Below are positions 31,561-41,302 of a stretch of 64,000 bases of DNA, in pieces (position 1 is the stretch's first letter; the number at the start of each line of letters is the position of its first letter). The translations under genes were made by a program, and so were the position numbers. The stretch spans positions 32,001-96,000 of the forward strand of contig OY970194.1 of assembly GCA_963708075.1 (NCBI GenBank), given 5' to 3'. The notes beneath the pieces were generated by a model. It was not told the origin of the DNA and did not search any database. It saw nothing but the letters and a program-made list of their open reading frames with translations. Source of the DNA: Sedimentisphaerales bacterium (GTDB lineage: Bacteria > Planctomycetota > Phycisphaerae > Sedimentisphaerales > Anaerobacaceae).

Positions 31561-32307
31561 ATGAGTATCAAGGATGTGAAGTGCATTTTGGCTGTGGTCT
31601 GCCTCATTATTGCGGGGTGTGCTCCGGACAAAGCACCATCGGAGAAGGCGGCGAGCCAGAGTTCGCCATCCGCCGCGCCGGCGAACAGCGCTACCGGCAG
31701 CGCCGCTAGTCAACCAGTGTCATCACCGGTCAGCAAGGAGACGCCGGCGACCACCTCGCCCGCACCTCAGACTGTGGCGACCGAGGCCACCGCTGAACCA
31801 GTGGCAGAGACAAAGCATCCGGACGTGATCTTCGTCCCCACGCCCCACGAAGTGGTTGCAAAGATGCTGGAACTGGCTCAGGTGACCAAGGACGACGTGG
31901 TCTATGACCTCGGCTGCGGGGACGGCCGAATCGTGGTGGCGGCCGCGAAGCTGGGCTGCAAGGCCTACGGCTTCGACGTCGATCCCCAGCGAATCCAGGA
32001 ATCGAAGGAGAACGTCGAGAAGAGCGGCGTCGGCAATCTCGCCACTATCCAGCAGAAAGACATCTTCACCCTGGACCTGAGCCCGGCCAACGTCGTCACG
32101 CTCTATCTGCTGCCGAGCCTGAACGTGAAGTTGATCCCGCAACTGGAGAAGCTCAAGCCCGGCTGCAGAATCGTTTCGCACGACTTTGACATGCATGGCG
32201 TCAAGCCCGATCAGGTTGTTGAAGTGACCTCGGAGAACGGTGCTGAACACACCGTCTATCTCTGGACCACGCCTCTGAAGAAAGAGGCCGAGACATCGAT
32301 TGAATGA
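31561..32307 (+). CDS. Lipoprotein with class I SAM-dependent methyltransferase domain
   Basis: Lipobox IIAGC, Ser/Ala/Pro/Thr linker, methyltransferase domain paralogous to that of the upstream gene. Confidence 0.88.
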   Translation: MSIKDVKCILAVVCLIIAGCAPDKAPSEKAASQSSPSAAPANSATGSAASQPVSSPVSKETPATTSPAPQTVATEATAEPVAETKHPDVIFVPTPHEVVAKMLELAQVTKDDVVYDLGCGDGRIVVAAAKLGCKAYGFDVDPQRIQESKENVEKSGVGNLATIQQKDIFTLDLSPANVVTLYLLPSLNVKLIPQLEKLKPGCRIVSHDFDMHGVKPDQVVEVTSENGAEHTVYLWTTPLKKEAETSIE

Positions 32308-32631
32308 GGCACCACGCTTTTAGTGGTTGAGACTCTATGACGCGCGGGGTGGCATCGGCACGGCGAAGGCTTTGCCGATGCCGCCCTGACGTTGACCGCA
32401 GGCTGCAAAGAACTCAAACGCCGTGGGTATCGGCGCCTTATGGCGTCACCACTGCATTACTCGTCCTCTTATGTGAGCAAGACGAGAATCATGGGGGAAA
32501 AAGCCATTCAATGTCTCGCCAAGCCGCATAACAACGCTGGGCTGGAACGCGTAATTCGTGCGTATCCTCAGCGCTTGGCGAGAGCTGACTTTGGTTTCCG
32601 CTGAAGGCAGGGCTGGGGGCTCTCGTGCCGT

Positions 32632-33936
32632 CTACTGTCCGACCTTTGCCACCTCGACCTTGAACACGTGCGTCGGGCCGAGCATGTTCGAGCGAAAGAC
32701 GATCCATTTGCCGTCAGGTGTGAACTGGCAGTTCGGCTCCAGCGAATAGTCGTGCCTGGCCAGGTTGACGAGCTTCTCCGCCTCGAAATGTCCGCTCTGG
32801 ATCAGAGTCGCCGGGTCACTGGCGCCGCCGGTCACCGGCGGGATCACGTGCGGGCGGAAGAGGTAGACCCACTGACCGTTGTCCGGCGCGGCGACGCTGT
32901 GCGGCCCGCCGCCATCGCCGCAGAAGAGCTTCTGGTCGGGGGAGATGTTGAAATGCACCGACCACTCATTCTGCCTGAGGTTGTACCACGTCCGCGTCTT
33001 GCTCTCGATGTTGTAGGATGCGAGCCAGAAGACGCGACTGCGAGGCGTCTGCAGGTCGTACAGGATGCACTTGCCGTCCGGGCTGAAGAACTCGTGCCCG
33101 TTGATTTCCATGTTCATTGTTCGCGGATGGACGTTGGTCAGTCCCGTGTCGTCCGCGCGGATGATCCAGGTCCGGTCCATGAGTTGCCAGGTCCCCTCGT
33201 GACAGAATAGCATCTGATGCGGATCGGTCGGCGAAAATTGCACGTGGTTCAGCCAGGCATGGCTCCGGTTGAACTTGTTGACTTCGCCGGTCTTCAGATC
33301 GAGCGTGACCAGTTCCATATCGCGATCTTTGTTGGGTGTTCCGAAGCCCGGCCGCTGCGATTCGCGCAAGCCCCCGCGTTCAGCGCGTCGGTCGGCTTCT
33401 GAACCGCCCGATGTCCCGGAGGCCGCCGCGTCCGGCCGGTCGCGTGGACCGCCGAATCCCTGCGGCCGCCGCCGGTCGAACGTGCCGCCCGCCAACGTCT
33501 CATTGCAGTTGATATTGGCAATCGACAGCCCCTGGGGGACATCGACAACCTTCTTGTCTTCTCTCGCATTCGGGTCGACAGCCCAGATCGCCGCACCCTG
33601 GTCGCCTCTCGACAGGTAATAGGCCCGGCCCGTCTTACGGCCGATGCAGATCAAACCGGTTCGCCCGGATCGGATCTGCTCGATCGCGTGCGTCTGCAGG
33701 TCCACCGTGTACAGGCCCGTCGGCGAGGTGAAGACCAGCTTCCTGCCGTCGGGGGTGAACTCATTCTGATGGAAGTAGGAACTCTGGCTGCCGTCCTCGC
33801 GCGACAGCCGGATAACGCGATGTCCCGTATTCGGATCGATCCAGTCGGTCGGAAGGTCGCCTCGGGCACTGACGCAAATACCCGCCGGCATCATTACGGA
33901 AACCACCAAAAGCCTGCTCCAGGCGTACATTCTCAT
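32632..33936 (-). CDS. Oligogalacturonate lyase-family beta-propeller, secreted
   Basis: W.DP.TGH.V.RLS, YFHQN.FT.DG, WLNHVQFSP.DP...FCHEG.W, GHEFFSPDG, FTPDGKW..FRSN. Confidence 0.85.
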   Translation of the reverse strand: MRMYAWSRLLVVSVMMPAGICVSARGDLPTDWIDPNTGHRVIRLSREDGSQSSYFHQNEFTPDGRKLVFTSPTGLYTVDLQTHAIEQIRSGRTGLICIGRKTGRAYYLSRGDQGAAIWAVDPNAREDKKVVDVPQGLSIANINCNETLAGGTFDRRRPQGFGGPRDRPDAAASGTSGGSEADRRAERGGLRESQRPGFGTPNKDRDMELVTLDLKTGEVNKFNRSHAWLNHVQFSPTDPHQMLFCHEGTWQLMDRTWIIRADDTGLTNVHPRTMNMEINGHEFFSPDGKCILYDLQTPRSRVFWLASYNIESKTRTWYNLRQNEWSVHFNISPDQKLFCGDGGGPHSVAAPDNGQWVYLFRPHVIPPVTGGASDPATLIQSGHFEAEKLVNLARHDYSLEPNCQFTPDGKWIVFRSNMLGPTHVFKVEVAKVGQ

Positions 33937-34153
33937 TTGCCCTCCATTCATTCGTTAATCCCGTTCCAACAATGCTCAAGCCGTCCATCTGTCCGGCCGA
34001 TCTCCAGGGTCTTCCAGATTTCCCCGGGATTTTCACCTCCGGCGGCATCAAGATCAAGGAGATTGCTTTGTGATCTTCTTGCAATCCCGGCTGGTTTCGT
34101 GTAGGGTAAGCAGGAGTTGATCAGAACGTGATTTGCGTTCAGAGTCGGGTATT

Positions 34154-34227
<74 letters not shown>

Positions 34228-34639
34228 TTTGCCTTTTGTTAATGACAGGCGGTGCCAGGCGGGCCGTTTCAGTGTCTAAGTCTCGGTTGGTCATGCCTTT
34301 ATGACTCGCTGTTGTCTCTGGCTCGTGAGGATGAACCATGCCATCTGACGACAACCCACTATACCCAGAGCATGCCATATGTGTCAAAGCAGGTGTCGAA
34401 CATGATGAACGATGCATACCGTAAGTCGCGAGGCACGAACAAGCCGTTCAGCGGCTCGGAAGAACAGGCCAAGGCGATCTGGAATGAGCGGATTCGAAGG
34501 GAAAAGTATCACTACAGAAAGCCAAATCCCACGCCCGAGGCCACACCGAAAGGGTGAGGTTATCTCGTCATGACGGCCGGTCCCAGAACCGTGAGAAGTC
34601 ACATCGCCGGGTGGCAACGCGGAAGATGGCGGAGAGTCG

Positions 34640-35317
34640 TTAGATGATGGTCACCTGGACGGGGCTTTCGATGATCCCCGCCGCGATGGCGTAGCGCGTG
34701 AGCCCCGCGGTGTCGTGGAGGTCCAACTTGCTCATGAGATGCTGCCGATGCTTCTCCACCGTCTTGACGCTGATGCCAAGTTCCCTTGCGACTTGTTTGT
34801 TGGCTTGGCCTTCAGCAATCAGTTGCAGCACCTCCGCTTCGCGCGAACTCAAGGCAATTGTTTTCTTCTTGATCGCTCCACGCCCATCTGGCAATTCCAA
34901 AGAAAGACTGTGCAGTCGATTGGCAATGGAGGGACTGAAGAATGTGTTTCCCTTTTGGACTTCCCGGATCGCCCGGGACAGGAGATCGGCGGACGTTTGT
35001 TTGATCAGATATCCCGCCGCACCCAACATGACTACTTGCCGGATGTACTCGTCATCACCATGCGCGGAGAGTATGAGCACCCTGGTGGCGGGGACGGCCT
35101 TCAGAATTCGCCGGGTGGCTTCCAGACCATTGAGCAGCGGCATCGCGATGTCCATGAGGACCACGGCGGGGCGAAGTCTCTTGACCAGTTGAATCGCTTG
35201 ACGGCCGGTTTCCGCCTCGCCGACCACCTCGATATCCCCTTCGGCCTTCAGTAATGCCCGAATCCCCTCTCGGACGATCATGTGATCGTCAGCCAGCAAG
35301 ACGGTAATCTGCTCCAT
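34640..35317 (-). CDS. NarL/FixJ-family (LuxR HTH) response regulator
   Basis: LADDH..VREG, VLMDI.MP.LNG, GYL.K, LS.RE.EVL.LIAEG..NK..A..L.IS.KTVE.HR..LM.KL. Confidence 0.95.
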   Translation of the reverse strand: MEQITVLLADDHMIVREGIRALLKAEGDIEVVGEAETGRQAIQLVKRLRPAVVLMDIAMPLLNGLEATRRILKAVPATRVLILSAHGDDEYIRQVVMLGAAGYLIKQTSADLLSRAIREVQKGNTFFSPSIANRLHSLSLELPDGRGAIKKKTIALSSREAEVLQLIAEGQANKQVARELGISVKTVEKHRQHLMSKLDLHDTAGLTRYAIAAGIIESPVQVTII

Positions 35318-35348
35318 AGAAACCGGCCCTGTAGAATCCATGAGAAGT

Positions 35349-36488
35349 CTAATCCCGTGTACCGTTGGCGAACGGAATCTCCGCTCGGATCGTGGTGCCT
35401 TTGCCGGGTGAGGATTCGACGGCAAAGCGGCCGCCGACCATCTCCACTCGCTCGCGCATGCCGAGCAGCCCCAGACCTTTGTTCCTTCTGGTGGGCAATA
35501 CACCTTGCACCTGAAAGGATTTGCCGTTGTCTTTGATTTCCATGCGAATGGCATCCCGGAGTTTTTGGATGCTCACTTTCACCAGAGTGGCTTGCGCATG
35601 CCTGGCGACGTTGGCGAGCGCTTCCTGGGCGACGCGATAGAGCACCGTTCGCTTGACGCTGTCCAATTGTTCAGTCCTGCCGCGAGTAAAGCTCGTGAAC
35701 TGAATGGGGATGCCCATCTGTCTCGCAAAGTCCTTCATATACGAATGGAGGGCGGGAATCAGCCCCAGGTCGTCCAGCGCCGGCGGGCGCAATTGGCCGG
35801 CAAACCGATGCACGATGTTCACCGACTTCTCCACCAGCCTCTGCGTGCGGGCGATCTTCTTCTTGACGTCTTTCGTGTTGGCCGTAACCTCCTTTTTCAA
35901 CGTCGCCAGATGGAGATTGACTCCCGTCAAGACCTGCGCAACTTCATCATGAAGCTCGCGGCTGATCCTCCTTCGTTCTTCCTCCTGGGCAGACAGAATC
36001 TGGCGGGACAGATGCCGCAGATGCTCCTCCATACGACGCGACTGCTCCAAGAGCTGGCTGGAGTGCTGCTCACTTTTCCTGAGGGCTTTCTCTACGGCAT
36101 GGCGCCGGATGATTTCCTGTTTCAACTGCCGATTTGCAGCAGCCAACTCCACGGTACGCTGGCGTAGCGTCCGGTTCAGTTCATTCAGGCGGACGTTGGC
36201 CTCCATCGTGATCTGATGAGTCTTCTCAATCGGCGTGACTGCCTTGATAAAGAAAGCCTGCGCCCGTTTGACCACGCCGTCTCTGGTTCCGGAGGAGTTG
36301 CTCGGCGACACCAGTGCAATTATCGCTTGCTCGTGGATCCTGGCCAGGTCCAGTGTCTCCAGCCCCATGGTCAGGGCTTGGCGTCCCAGCCTATCGGCGG
36401 ACTGCGGGCTCGCCCGCGGCTCTCGTTCGAGGTGTTCTTGCAGTGCTACCTGATATCGTCGCGACAAGCCGGTCATCTTGGTTTCCAT
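35349..36488 (-). CDS. Cytoplasmic HisKA_3 sensor kinase with RsbU N-terminal-like input domain
   Basis: Y..AL..HL...LGR.A...GL...DLA.IH..A; coiled coil; EEERRRI.RELHD; QEAL.NV.RHA, DNG, GLGL.GMRER; no transmembrane helix seen. Confidence 0.9.
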   Translation of the reverse strand: METKMTGLSRRYQVALQEHLEREPRASPQSADRLGRQALTMGLETLDLARIHEQAIIALVSPSNSSGTRDGVVKRAQAFFIKAVTPIEKTHQITMEANVRLNELNRTLRQRTVELAAANRQLKQEIIRRHAVEKALRKSEQHSSQLLEQSRRMEEHLRHLSRQILSAQEEERRRISRELHDEVAQVLTGVNLHLATLKKEVTANTKDVKKKIARTQRLVEKSVNIVHRFAGQLRPPALDDLGLIPALHSYMKDFARQMGIPIQFTSFTRGRTEQLDSVKRTVLYRVAQEALANVARHAQATLVKVSIQKLRDAIRMEIKDNGKSFQVQGVLPTRRNKGLGLLGMRERVEMVGGRFAVESSPGKGTTIRAEIPFANGTRD

Positions 36489-36590
36489 AAGCCACCCCGA
36501 ATCTACGCGCTACCGTCTGGGCAAGCATCCGGTTTTGTCCCGCCGTCAGGGATGCCCGACCCTCTGTTGGCGAGCCACGAATACGCTGGC

Positions 36591-36637
36591 ATTATCTGAC
36601 TTTTGTCTCCATCTGTCTATAGGGTGAAACCCGACTC
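36591..36637 (-). promoter_or_regulatory. Regulon promoter copy facing the kinase-regulator operon
   Basis: Minus strand GAGTCGGGTTTCACCCTATA-N21-GATAAT. Confidence 0.65.
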
Positions 36638-36650
36638 ACCCGATAGTACC

Positions 36651-36697
36651 GGGTAGGGTTTTACCTTATGGAGAACAGCCATCCGATGGCGTAGCGT
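36651..36697 (+). promoter_or_regulatory. Regulon promoter copy upstream of the mla-like operon
   Basis: GGGTAGGGTTTTACCTTATG-N15-ATGGCG-TAGCGT. Confidence 0.75.
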
Positions 36698-36809
36698 ATG
36701 TCTCATGGAAAACCCAGGAATCGACCAGCAGGTCGAAACCGCACGGACGCTTAGGAAACAAGTGACTATCCTATTCGGCTTTACGGCGAGCAGGTGATTG
36801 TGAACTGAG

Positions 36810-37657
36810 ATGCACACTATGTTCGCAGGGCTAACCGAAGTGGTGAGTGGGTTTCAGAGAACACTGATGCGTGTGATTGGCGAATTAGGGGAGATGGCTT
36901 GGGCGCAGTGGGATGAGCTGCGCCATGCGGCGGCGGTGATTGGAACCGTGCTCTACGTTTGTGTTCGGCCGCGATATTGGGTGCGCACGGTGCGACGAGC
37001 GTTTGTGCGGCAGATCGTGGCGATCGGCGTTGAGGCGGTCGGGTTTGTTGGCGGGGTGGCGGTCTTTGTCGGAATCACGGTGGTGGTGCAACTGGTGTTC
37101 TGGGTCGGGGAGGTGGGACAGTCACAAATGCTCGGGCCGCTGCTAGTGGCCGTTGTGGCCCGCGAACTCGGCCCGGTGCTGATCAGCCTCGTGGTGATCG
37201 TTCGCAGCGGCAGTGTGATGGCGACGGAATTGGGAATCATGAAGATCGGCGGGCGGGTTCACGTGCTCGAGGCGCAGGGAATCTCGCCGTTCCTCTATCT
37301 CGTCATGCCGCGAGTGCTGGGCGCAGCCGTGTCCACGTTTTGCCTGACGATCGTCTTTATTCTGGTCGCGCTTGCGAGCGGGTATTTGTTCGGGGCGACG
37401 GTGGGGCAAGGCAGCCGTGATTTGCCGTTATTTGCGGACACCGTGTCGCACGCAGTTCATCCCAAAGACGTGCTCGCCATCCTCAGCAAGAGCATTCTGC
37501 CCGGCCTGTTTGCCAGCGCGTCGTGTTGCATCGGCGGGCTGGGCGTCGACGGGTCGCTGACCGAAGTTCCGCAGGCTGCGCAACGTGCGCCGTGCGCTCC
37601 GTTGCTGGATTGTTTGTGATTTCCACGGTGGTGTCACTCTTGACGTATATCGGATGA
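36810..37657 (+). CDS. MlaE-family ABC permease, frameshift near 37590
   Basis: RELGP.L..L.V..RSGS..ATELG.MK..G....L...GI.P..YLV.PR; the C-terminus RSV.GLF..S..VS continues in another frame to TGA at 37657; start uncertain. Confidence 0.85.
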
Positions 37658-38367
37658 TGAACGAACCGATCGACATCCTGAGATTCCACGACGTGACGAT
37701 CGCGGCGGACCTCGAGGACGAATCGGGCATCTCCAGCCTGAATTTATCTCTCGCGCCCGGCGATCTGACCGTGGTGTTGTGGGAGACGGAAGAAGTCCGC
37801 ATCCCGCTGGCGGACGTCGCCGAGGGGTTAGTCGCGCCAGTGCAGGGAACGGTCGCGTTCCTCGGCGAAGACTGGCAAACGATGGCGGCGGACCGCGCGG
37901 CCGCACAGCGCGGCAAGATCGGGCGCGTGTTCGAGGGGGGAAGCTGGCTCAGTGGTCTCAACGTGGATCAGAACATCACGCTGGCGCAGCGGCATCACAC
38001 GCGCCGCCCCGTCCAGGAGATCGAGCAGGAGGCGACCGATCTGTGCCGAGTCTTCGGCCTGCCGGGGTTGCCGCGCGATCGGCCCTCGAACGCGCGATGG
38101 CAGGACCTGCAAAAGGCCGCCTATGTGCGCGCGTTTCTCGGCGCGCCCATCCTGATTCTCCTTGAAAACCCCACGGTCGGGATCTACGCTGATGTCATCG
38201 CGCCACTGATCAGCACGGTTCGCGAGGCTCGCGAACGGGGTGCAGCGGTGTTATGGACGACGAATGAACTCCAGGTTTGGAACAATCCCGCTCTGCACGC
38301 GACCTCGCGGTGGCGAATGCTCGGCTCGCCGATGGGCATGATCGAAGAGGTAGAAGAGGCGACCTGA
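37654..38367 (+). CDS. MlaF-like ABC ATP-binding protein, degenerate
   Basis: Position between mlaE and mlaD; GL..P..G.V.F.G, L.V..NI.L, RA....P..ILLENPT.G; no GxxGxGKS. Confidence 0.7.
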   Translation: MMNEPIDILRFHDVTIAADLEDESGISSLNLSLAPGDLTVVLWETEEVRIPLADVAEGLVAPVQGTVAFLGEDWQTMAADRAAAQRGKIGRVFEGGSWLSGLNVDQNITLAQRHHTRRPVQEIEQEATDLCRVFGLPGLPRDRPSNARWQDLQKAAYVRAFLGAPILILLENPTVGIYADVIAPLISTVREARERGAAVLWTTNELQVWNNPALHATSRWRMLGSPMGMIEEVEEAT

Positions 38368-39329
38368 TGAAACAGCGTTTCAAATTTCGGCACGTGAACG
38401 AGATCACCGGTACATTCGTCATCCTCGTCGTGTTGGTGCTGATCGCCGCCATCGTGTGGACGGCATACAACCAGCGATGGTTCAGACGCACCGTCACGCT
38501 GCGGATCGTTCTGCCCGAGGCGGGTGCAGCGGGCATCCGGCAGGGCTCGGAAGTGTACTTCCTGGGCACGCTCGTGGGAACGGTTTCCGATGTCGTTGTC
38601 GCTGCGACCGGTCGCATGGAAGCCCGGACCAGCATTCGTAGCGACTTCTTCCGATTCGTGCGCGAGGATTCGTTTGCGGTCGTCAAGAAGAAATTCGGCG
38701 TGGCGGGCGATGCGTATTTTGACATCACGCGTGGCGAGGGCCAGCCTTTGCCCAAGAAGAACGCCTCCATCGTCTGCAAGGAGTTGCCAGGCACGTTGGA
38801 AGCTACGATTGAGGAAGCCCGCCGTGCCGTGTTGCCTGTTTTGGAGAGACTGAGCGTGGGCCTCGACACATGGACCACGCTCGGTGAGAACCTGAGCACC
38901 GGCGCGGGCGCGTGGACGAGGCTGGGCACGGATCTGGGCGAGTCCCGGCAGCACTTGGATCAACTTATCGCCCGCGTTGACGGTCTTGCCGCGGGGGTCG
39001 AGCAGGGCAAAGGCACAGCCGGTAAGCTTCTGACCGATCCCGCTATCGCGGACGAGTTGAAGACCATCCTCGACAAAGGCAACGCATCCATGGATCAACT
39101 CCAGGGCATTCTGAAAGACGTGCAGGTCGCCGGCGCCGATCTGTCTGTGGTTAGCGAGGCCCTTGCCGTAGAGGCCAAGGATCTCCCCGGGCTGGTTTTG
39201 CAGACGCAGCAGACGTTGCACGAGCTGGAGAGACTGATCGAAGGGATCGAAAGACATTGGCTGATCCGCAAGTACATCGAGCAGCGACAACCGAACACAC
39301 GCATCCCACCCAGTGAGGTCGTGCCATGA
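38367..39329 (+). CDS. MlaD/MCE-family protein
   Basis: N-terminal TM helix, GI..GS.V..LG..VG.V, G.GT.GKLL.D, HWL.R. Confidence 0.88.
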   Translation: MKQRFKFRHVNEITGTFVILVVLVLIAAIVWTAYNQRWFRRTVTLRIVLPEAGAAGIRQGSEVYFLGTLVGTVSDVVVAATGRMEARTSIRSDFFRFVREDSFAVVKKKFGVAGDAYFDITRGEGQPLPKKNASIVCKELPGTLEATIEEARRAVLPVLERLSVGLDTWTTLGENLSTGAGAWTRLGTDLGESRQHLDQLIARVDGLAAGVEQGKGTAGKLLTDPAIADELKTILDKGNASMDQLQGILKDVQVAGADLSVVSEALAVEAKDLPGLVLQTQQTLHELERLIEGIERHWLIRKYIEQRQPNTRIPPSEVVP

Positions 39330-40112
39330 GAAGGTTCTTCATCGCCCTGACTCTTCTGACGCTGGTCGGCTGCGCCACCTCGCCGACTTCGACTGTGCCA
39401 CCTAAAGACAAGGAACTTTCGCGGACCAGCCACCTCGCCCGCGCCGCATTCGAAGACGGTGCGACCGCCCAGGCCATCGATCTTTACAGGAAAGCACTGA
39501 ACCGGGCGATCGCTATGGACGATGCCACGGAGATCGGCAACGCCGCCTACAACCTCGCGCTTTGCCACATCATCCTGGGACAACTCGATCAGGCGAGTGC
39601 CTCGCTCGCCGAGGCCAAGGCGGAGGTCAAACGCAGCGGAAGCAATCCCGCCGACGTGCTGCTGTTGGAGGCAACGGTCGCTCAACGGCAAGGCAAACTG
39701 GAGCAGGCGCTGTCGCTGGTCGACCAGGTGCTGTCGGCATCATCCGACGAAAGCCATCGCTTTCAAGCGGCGTTGCTGAAGGGGACCATTGCCTGCGCAA
39801 GACGACCCGGCGAGTGCCAGGGCCGCGCTGGTCGAGGCGGACAAGCATCACATCACCAATGCCGCACTGCTGGCCGCCAGGGAACGACTCGCCGGAAACA
39901 TCTTCTTGCTGGAGGGGAATCCGGCCGAGGCCGCAGCGGCGTTTGACCGTGCAGCGGTCTTGTTCCAAAAGGCGAGACACTATCGCGACATGGCGCTCAC
40001 TTTGCGGCGAGCAGGCGAAGCGTATCGGGAGGCAGGCGACACGCAACGCGCAGAGGACCGGCTGTCTCGCGCCGAGCGCAGCCTGACCGCCCAGGGGGAG
40101 AACGCGGAATGA
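39326..40112 (+). CDS. TPR-like lipoprotein, frameshift near 39797
   Basis: Lipobox LVGC; A...Y..AL..A..D.......AAYNLA; helical repeats continue in ORF 39789-40112. Confidence 0.7.
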
Positions 40113-40266
40113 GCTCATCGCAAGCCTTCCCTCCTCGTCGCGGGCAATAACGTGACCAGCCACCAGGTGCTGAACCTCCATCTCTTACGTCAGGACCACG
40201 GTGTCACGGCCTGTGGAACTCTCCCGGCGGCCGGGTCCCTTTCCGGGGAGCGAGACCAACAATCCC

Positions 40267-40313
40267 GGGTAGGGTTACACCCCATAGGAAAGGACCGACT
40301 CATGGCGTACCCT
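40267..40313 (+). promoter_or_regulatory. Regulon promoter copy upstream of small protein-bfr-mgtA
   Basis: GGGTAGGGTTACACCCCATA-N15-ATGGCG-TACCCT. Confidence 0.8.
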
Positions 40314-40466
40314 GGTTTATGAAAAACATAACAGCGAAAACACAGAAGGCTGGAGAACCAGATGACCGTGGAGGAAACCAGGAACAAGGAGGGTCCCTGA
40401 TCGCTGCCGGCTGGTGACGGAGGCGCCAGCCAGCGGTGAACCATGGCCGATTGAAAGGAGAATCCC

Positions 40467-40616
40467 GTGTTTTGAATGACTGCCGCCATACTGGTATTCC
40501 TGTGGCTGCTGGGGCTGGCGAGCGGTCACACCGTGGGAGGATTCATTCATCTCCTGCTGGTACTTGTTCTTATCGTGGTGCTCATCGGGATCGTTGATGG
40601 GCGACGACCCGTGTAA
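40467..40616 (+). pseudogene. lmo0937/DUF5670-family small membrane protein with TGA at codon 3 (in-frame ATG follows at 40476)
   Basis: AAAGGAG RBS; GTG TTT TGA ATG then TAAILVFLWLLGLASGHTVGGFIHLLLVLVLIVVLIGIVDGRRPV. Confidence 0.75.
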
Positions 40617-40717
40617 GAAGCGGCTGTGCAACCGCGCTCGTTGCGATGTTTCGCGCGGCAGGCAAGCCAAATATCGACAATCAGGCACATCGGCTGTTAC
40701 ACTCTAAGGAGGTTCAC

Positions 40718-41188
40718 ATGAAAGGTAACACGAAGATCATTGACGTGCTCAATGCGCTTTTGAGCGATGAGCTTACGGCGATCAACGAGTACATGGTACA
40801 TTCCGAGATGTGTGCCAACTGGGGCTACGACCGCCTGCATAAAGCCGTCGAAAAGCGGGCCGTCGATGAGATGAAGCACGCGGAGAAGCTGATCGGAAGG
40901 ATTCTGTTCCTGGAGGGCACGCCGGTCGTCAGCGAGCTGAAGACGATCCGTATCGGTTCCGACGTTCCCAAGCAGTTTGCCAACGATCTGGCCGCCGAGA
41001 TGACGGCGATTAAGAACTACAACGCGGCGATTTCCGTAGCAACTGACGTTGGCGATAACGCGACCCGAGAAATGCTGGAGGGGATCCTCAAGGAGGAAGA
41101 CGGTCACGTGGACAAGATCGAGGAGAACGTGGATCAAATCGATCAGATGGGCGTCCAGAACTTCCTGGCAACGCAGGCAAGAGAATAA
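40718..41188 (+). CDS. bfr: Bacterioferritin
   Basis: MKG...II..LN..L..ELTAIN.Y, DEMKHAE.LI.RILFLEG.P, EEDGH. Confidence 0.95.
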   Translation: MKGNTKIIDVLNALLSDELTAINEYMVHSEMCANWGYDRLHKAVEKRAVDEMKHAEKLIGRILFLEGTPVVSELKTIRIGSDVPKQFANDLAAEMTAIKNYNAAISVATDVGDNATREMLEGILKEEDGHVDKIEENVDQIDQMGVQNFLATQARE

Positions 41189-41302
41189 GCACCCAAGGCT
41201 TGCTCGGACGTACAGCTAAGGAGAAGGTCAAGACTGTATGCGTGAGAAGGTGACGAAGCAGTGCTAGGGCAAGGAGAGACTCTCAGCACGGCAGAGCTGT
41301 GA

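Noticed and set aside
32310..32460. Hairpins between the convergent methyltransferase and lyase genes as an ncRNA
   Set aside because: Better explained as a terminator-like stem plus degenerate REP-like palindromes; no second copy to test covariation
34252..34557. Small ORF after the tRNA as an integrase remnant
   Set aside because: No tyrosine or serine recombinase motifs; at most a small hypothetical protein
40473..40475. TGA as selenocysteine or reassigned Trp
   Set aside because: TGA is a normal stop in many genes here, the aligned residue is Trp rather than Cys, and no SECIS-like hairpin is evident
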